Positions 45,688 to 47,166 of a stretch of DNA of 47,166 bases are shown here, piece after piece; positions within the stretch are counted from its first letter, which is position 1, and each line of letters starts with the position of its first letter. The stretch comes from a virus. Its lineage: Duplodnaviria; Caudoviricetes. The DNA is taken from positions 1 through 47,166 of the IMG/VR virus record IMGVR_UViG_3300027877_000008, one strand, 5' to 3'. The notes beneath the pieces are model-generated. The model saw only the letters and a program-made list of their open reading frames with translations. It was not told the DNA's origin and did not search any database. The position numbers and the translations under genes were made by a program.

Positions 45688-47166
45688 ATGTCATGTCCTA
45701 CTGTTAGATATGGATTTCCGAAGTTTAAGGTATTCATCTTTGGGGTAGATATTAGTAATGATGTTTTGAGTATTAATACTACTAGTCATGATGGAGCTGC
45801 GCCTAATACCTGCCAAATTACTTTGGCCAATGAATTAGATAAATATATCTTAACGACTGAAGATGTGATAGCTTTGAATAAGCTTAAGTTTACCAATGAT
45901 CAACTTGACATACCTTGGCTCAGGAATCAGGAGTTTACTACAGTCGATCCTATTGCTGAACGTGGTGGTTTGTTGTCTGTTGGTTCAGCGGCTTTTCAAC
46001 AGGCCCTCAATACAGGATTTACAGGAGTTAAATATTCAGTATTGTTAAAGAAAAATCAAGTGGTGCAGAATGTTGATCGATCTAGTTTAGTAGATATTTT
46101 TGGTAGACAGATTCAAGGTACTCGTTTCGCTGATTATTACGGTGCGGTTATTAAGAAGTATCCACTTGCTGATGGTAGTCCAATCTTCCATCCAATGGAT
46201 CCAGTGCGAGTATTTATGCGAGATCCATTCGATCCAGGACGGTGGTATTACCATTTTACAGGGTTCGTTTCAGATATGGTAGACAATGTTGATCAAAATA
46301 ACGTTAAAACATTAACTATTGTTGCTGAAGACCCTACTAAACTATTTAGATATACTAGAATTTTTATTAATCCGGGTATCATTGATGCTAATGTGGTAAT
46401 TGAGAAACAAGACATGCGAGTACAAAGTTTTTATTCGCATTTTATGAAAGGATTCAATTTACCCGAGGTTTTCTTTACATTAATTTTTGGCCCAGATCGG
46501 GTTAAGGCCGAAAAAATCCTAGAACGCCAGCATGGTAATTCAGGTAGCTCAAATCTTACTACTAGTATGCGTGGTATTGGGCATTTTGCCTTTGATACAT
46601 CTGGAGTATTTACCTTTGGTCCATCATTAGATCAACCTATTAATCAATCGGCACAACAGCAACGCGAGCAGCCGGCCGCTAAATTATTGGATGTTAAACC
46701 AGAGATTAATCTACCTTCTTTAAAGGTTTGGCAATCTATTGTTGATCACGAAGTTCAACCATCCGATTTATATACTATGGCTACACAAGAAACTAGGGAG
46801 GCTGATTCAGGTGTACTGGTTGAAGCGGCTAACGCGACATTCAATGCTCTTGGCATTGAAGGTGTAGTTGATGAGATTGGGAGACACCCGGAAGTCTATT
46901 TGGTTGATGGTGGGCGATTGTTGATGCTTATTCCTAATAGTTTAGGTGTAGATAATAATAAAGTTATTATTAATGATATTATCCAAGCATACCCATTAAA
47001 TAGTGAATGGAGTTCTGCCGGTTCAGTGATGTATGAAGTAATTGATAGAATTCAATTTATAATGTACTGTTCACCTCGGGGTGATATCATCATTGAGCCA
47101 CCTCTATATGACTTTGATCCAGATGATTTCGGTATGGAAAGTATTCCTTCTACCGAATTGGTTAAT
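45688..47166 (+). CDS. Baseplate hub-like protein, truncated by the window end
   Basis: Not in the ORF track because it has no stop. Reads MSCPTVRYGFPKFKVFIFGVDISNDV...PMDPVRVFMRDPF...FTGFVSD...LTIVAEDPTK. Confidence 0.75.
   Translation, partial: MSCPTVRYGFPKFKVFIFGVDISNDVLSINTTSHDGAAPNTCQITLANELDKYILTTEDVIALNKLKFTNDQLDIPWLRNQEFTTVDPIAERGGLLSVGSAAFQQALNTGFTGVKYSVLLKKNQVVQNVDRSSLVDIFGRQIQGTRFADYYGAVIKKYPLADGSPIFHPMDPVRVFMRDPFDPGRWYYHFTGFVSDMVDNVDQNNVKTLTIVAEDPTKLFRYTRIFINPGIIDANVVIEKQDMRVQSFYSHFMKGFNLPEVFFTLIFGPDRVKAEKILERQHGNSGSSNLTTSMRGIGHFAFDTSGVFTFGPSLDQPINQSAQQQREQPAAKLLDVKPEINLPSLKVWQSIVDHEVQPSDLYTMATQETREADSGVLVEAANATFNALGIEGVVDEIGRHPEVYLVDGGRLLMLIPNSLGVDNNKVIINDIIQAYPLNSEWSSAGSVMYEVIDRIQFIMYCSPRGDIIIEPPLYDFDPDDFGMESIPSTELVN

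Noticed and set aside
46100-46282. 60-aa ORF in the track
   Set aside because: It lies out of frame inside the long baseplate ORF starting at 45688
1-47166. Alternative genetic code (stop codon reassignment)
   Set aside because: Core genes are full length and densely packed under the standard code

Overview
This window is part of a large tailed phage with a contractile tail. Most of it is AT-rich (roughly 38-40% GC by eye) and almost all genes lie on the + strand. Layout: (i) about 700 bp of GC-rich DNA with a small minus-strand gene and several sigma54-type (-24/-12) promoter motifs; (ii) six tandem, diverged mini-genes (mostly ~80 aa); (iii) a palindrome-rich spacer; (iv) about 26 kb of head genes, namely several large modular proteins, terminase, a 2H-phosphoesterase fusion, portal, a 1369-aa protease/scaffold, a decoration protein and the major capsid protein; (v) a short accessory island (Zn finger, MazG-like protein, dCMP deaminase), holin-like genes, neck, sheath, tube, -1 frameshifting tail chaperones, tape measure and baseplate genes, truncated at the right end. 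Two signals stand out. First, a [K/R]-x-A-Q motif punctuates the head proteins at module boundaries, and it also ends a shared 20-aa leader on two unrelated small genes, which suggests a protease-released, capsid-targeted cargo system. Second, sigma54 promoter motifs sit in front of the accessory genes. Product calls come from motif recognition and gene order only; no database searches were run.
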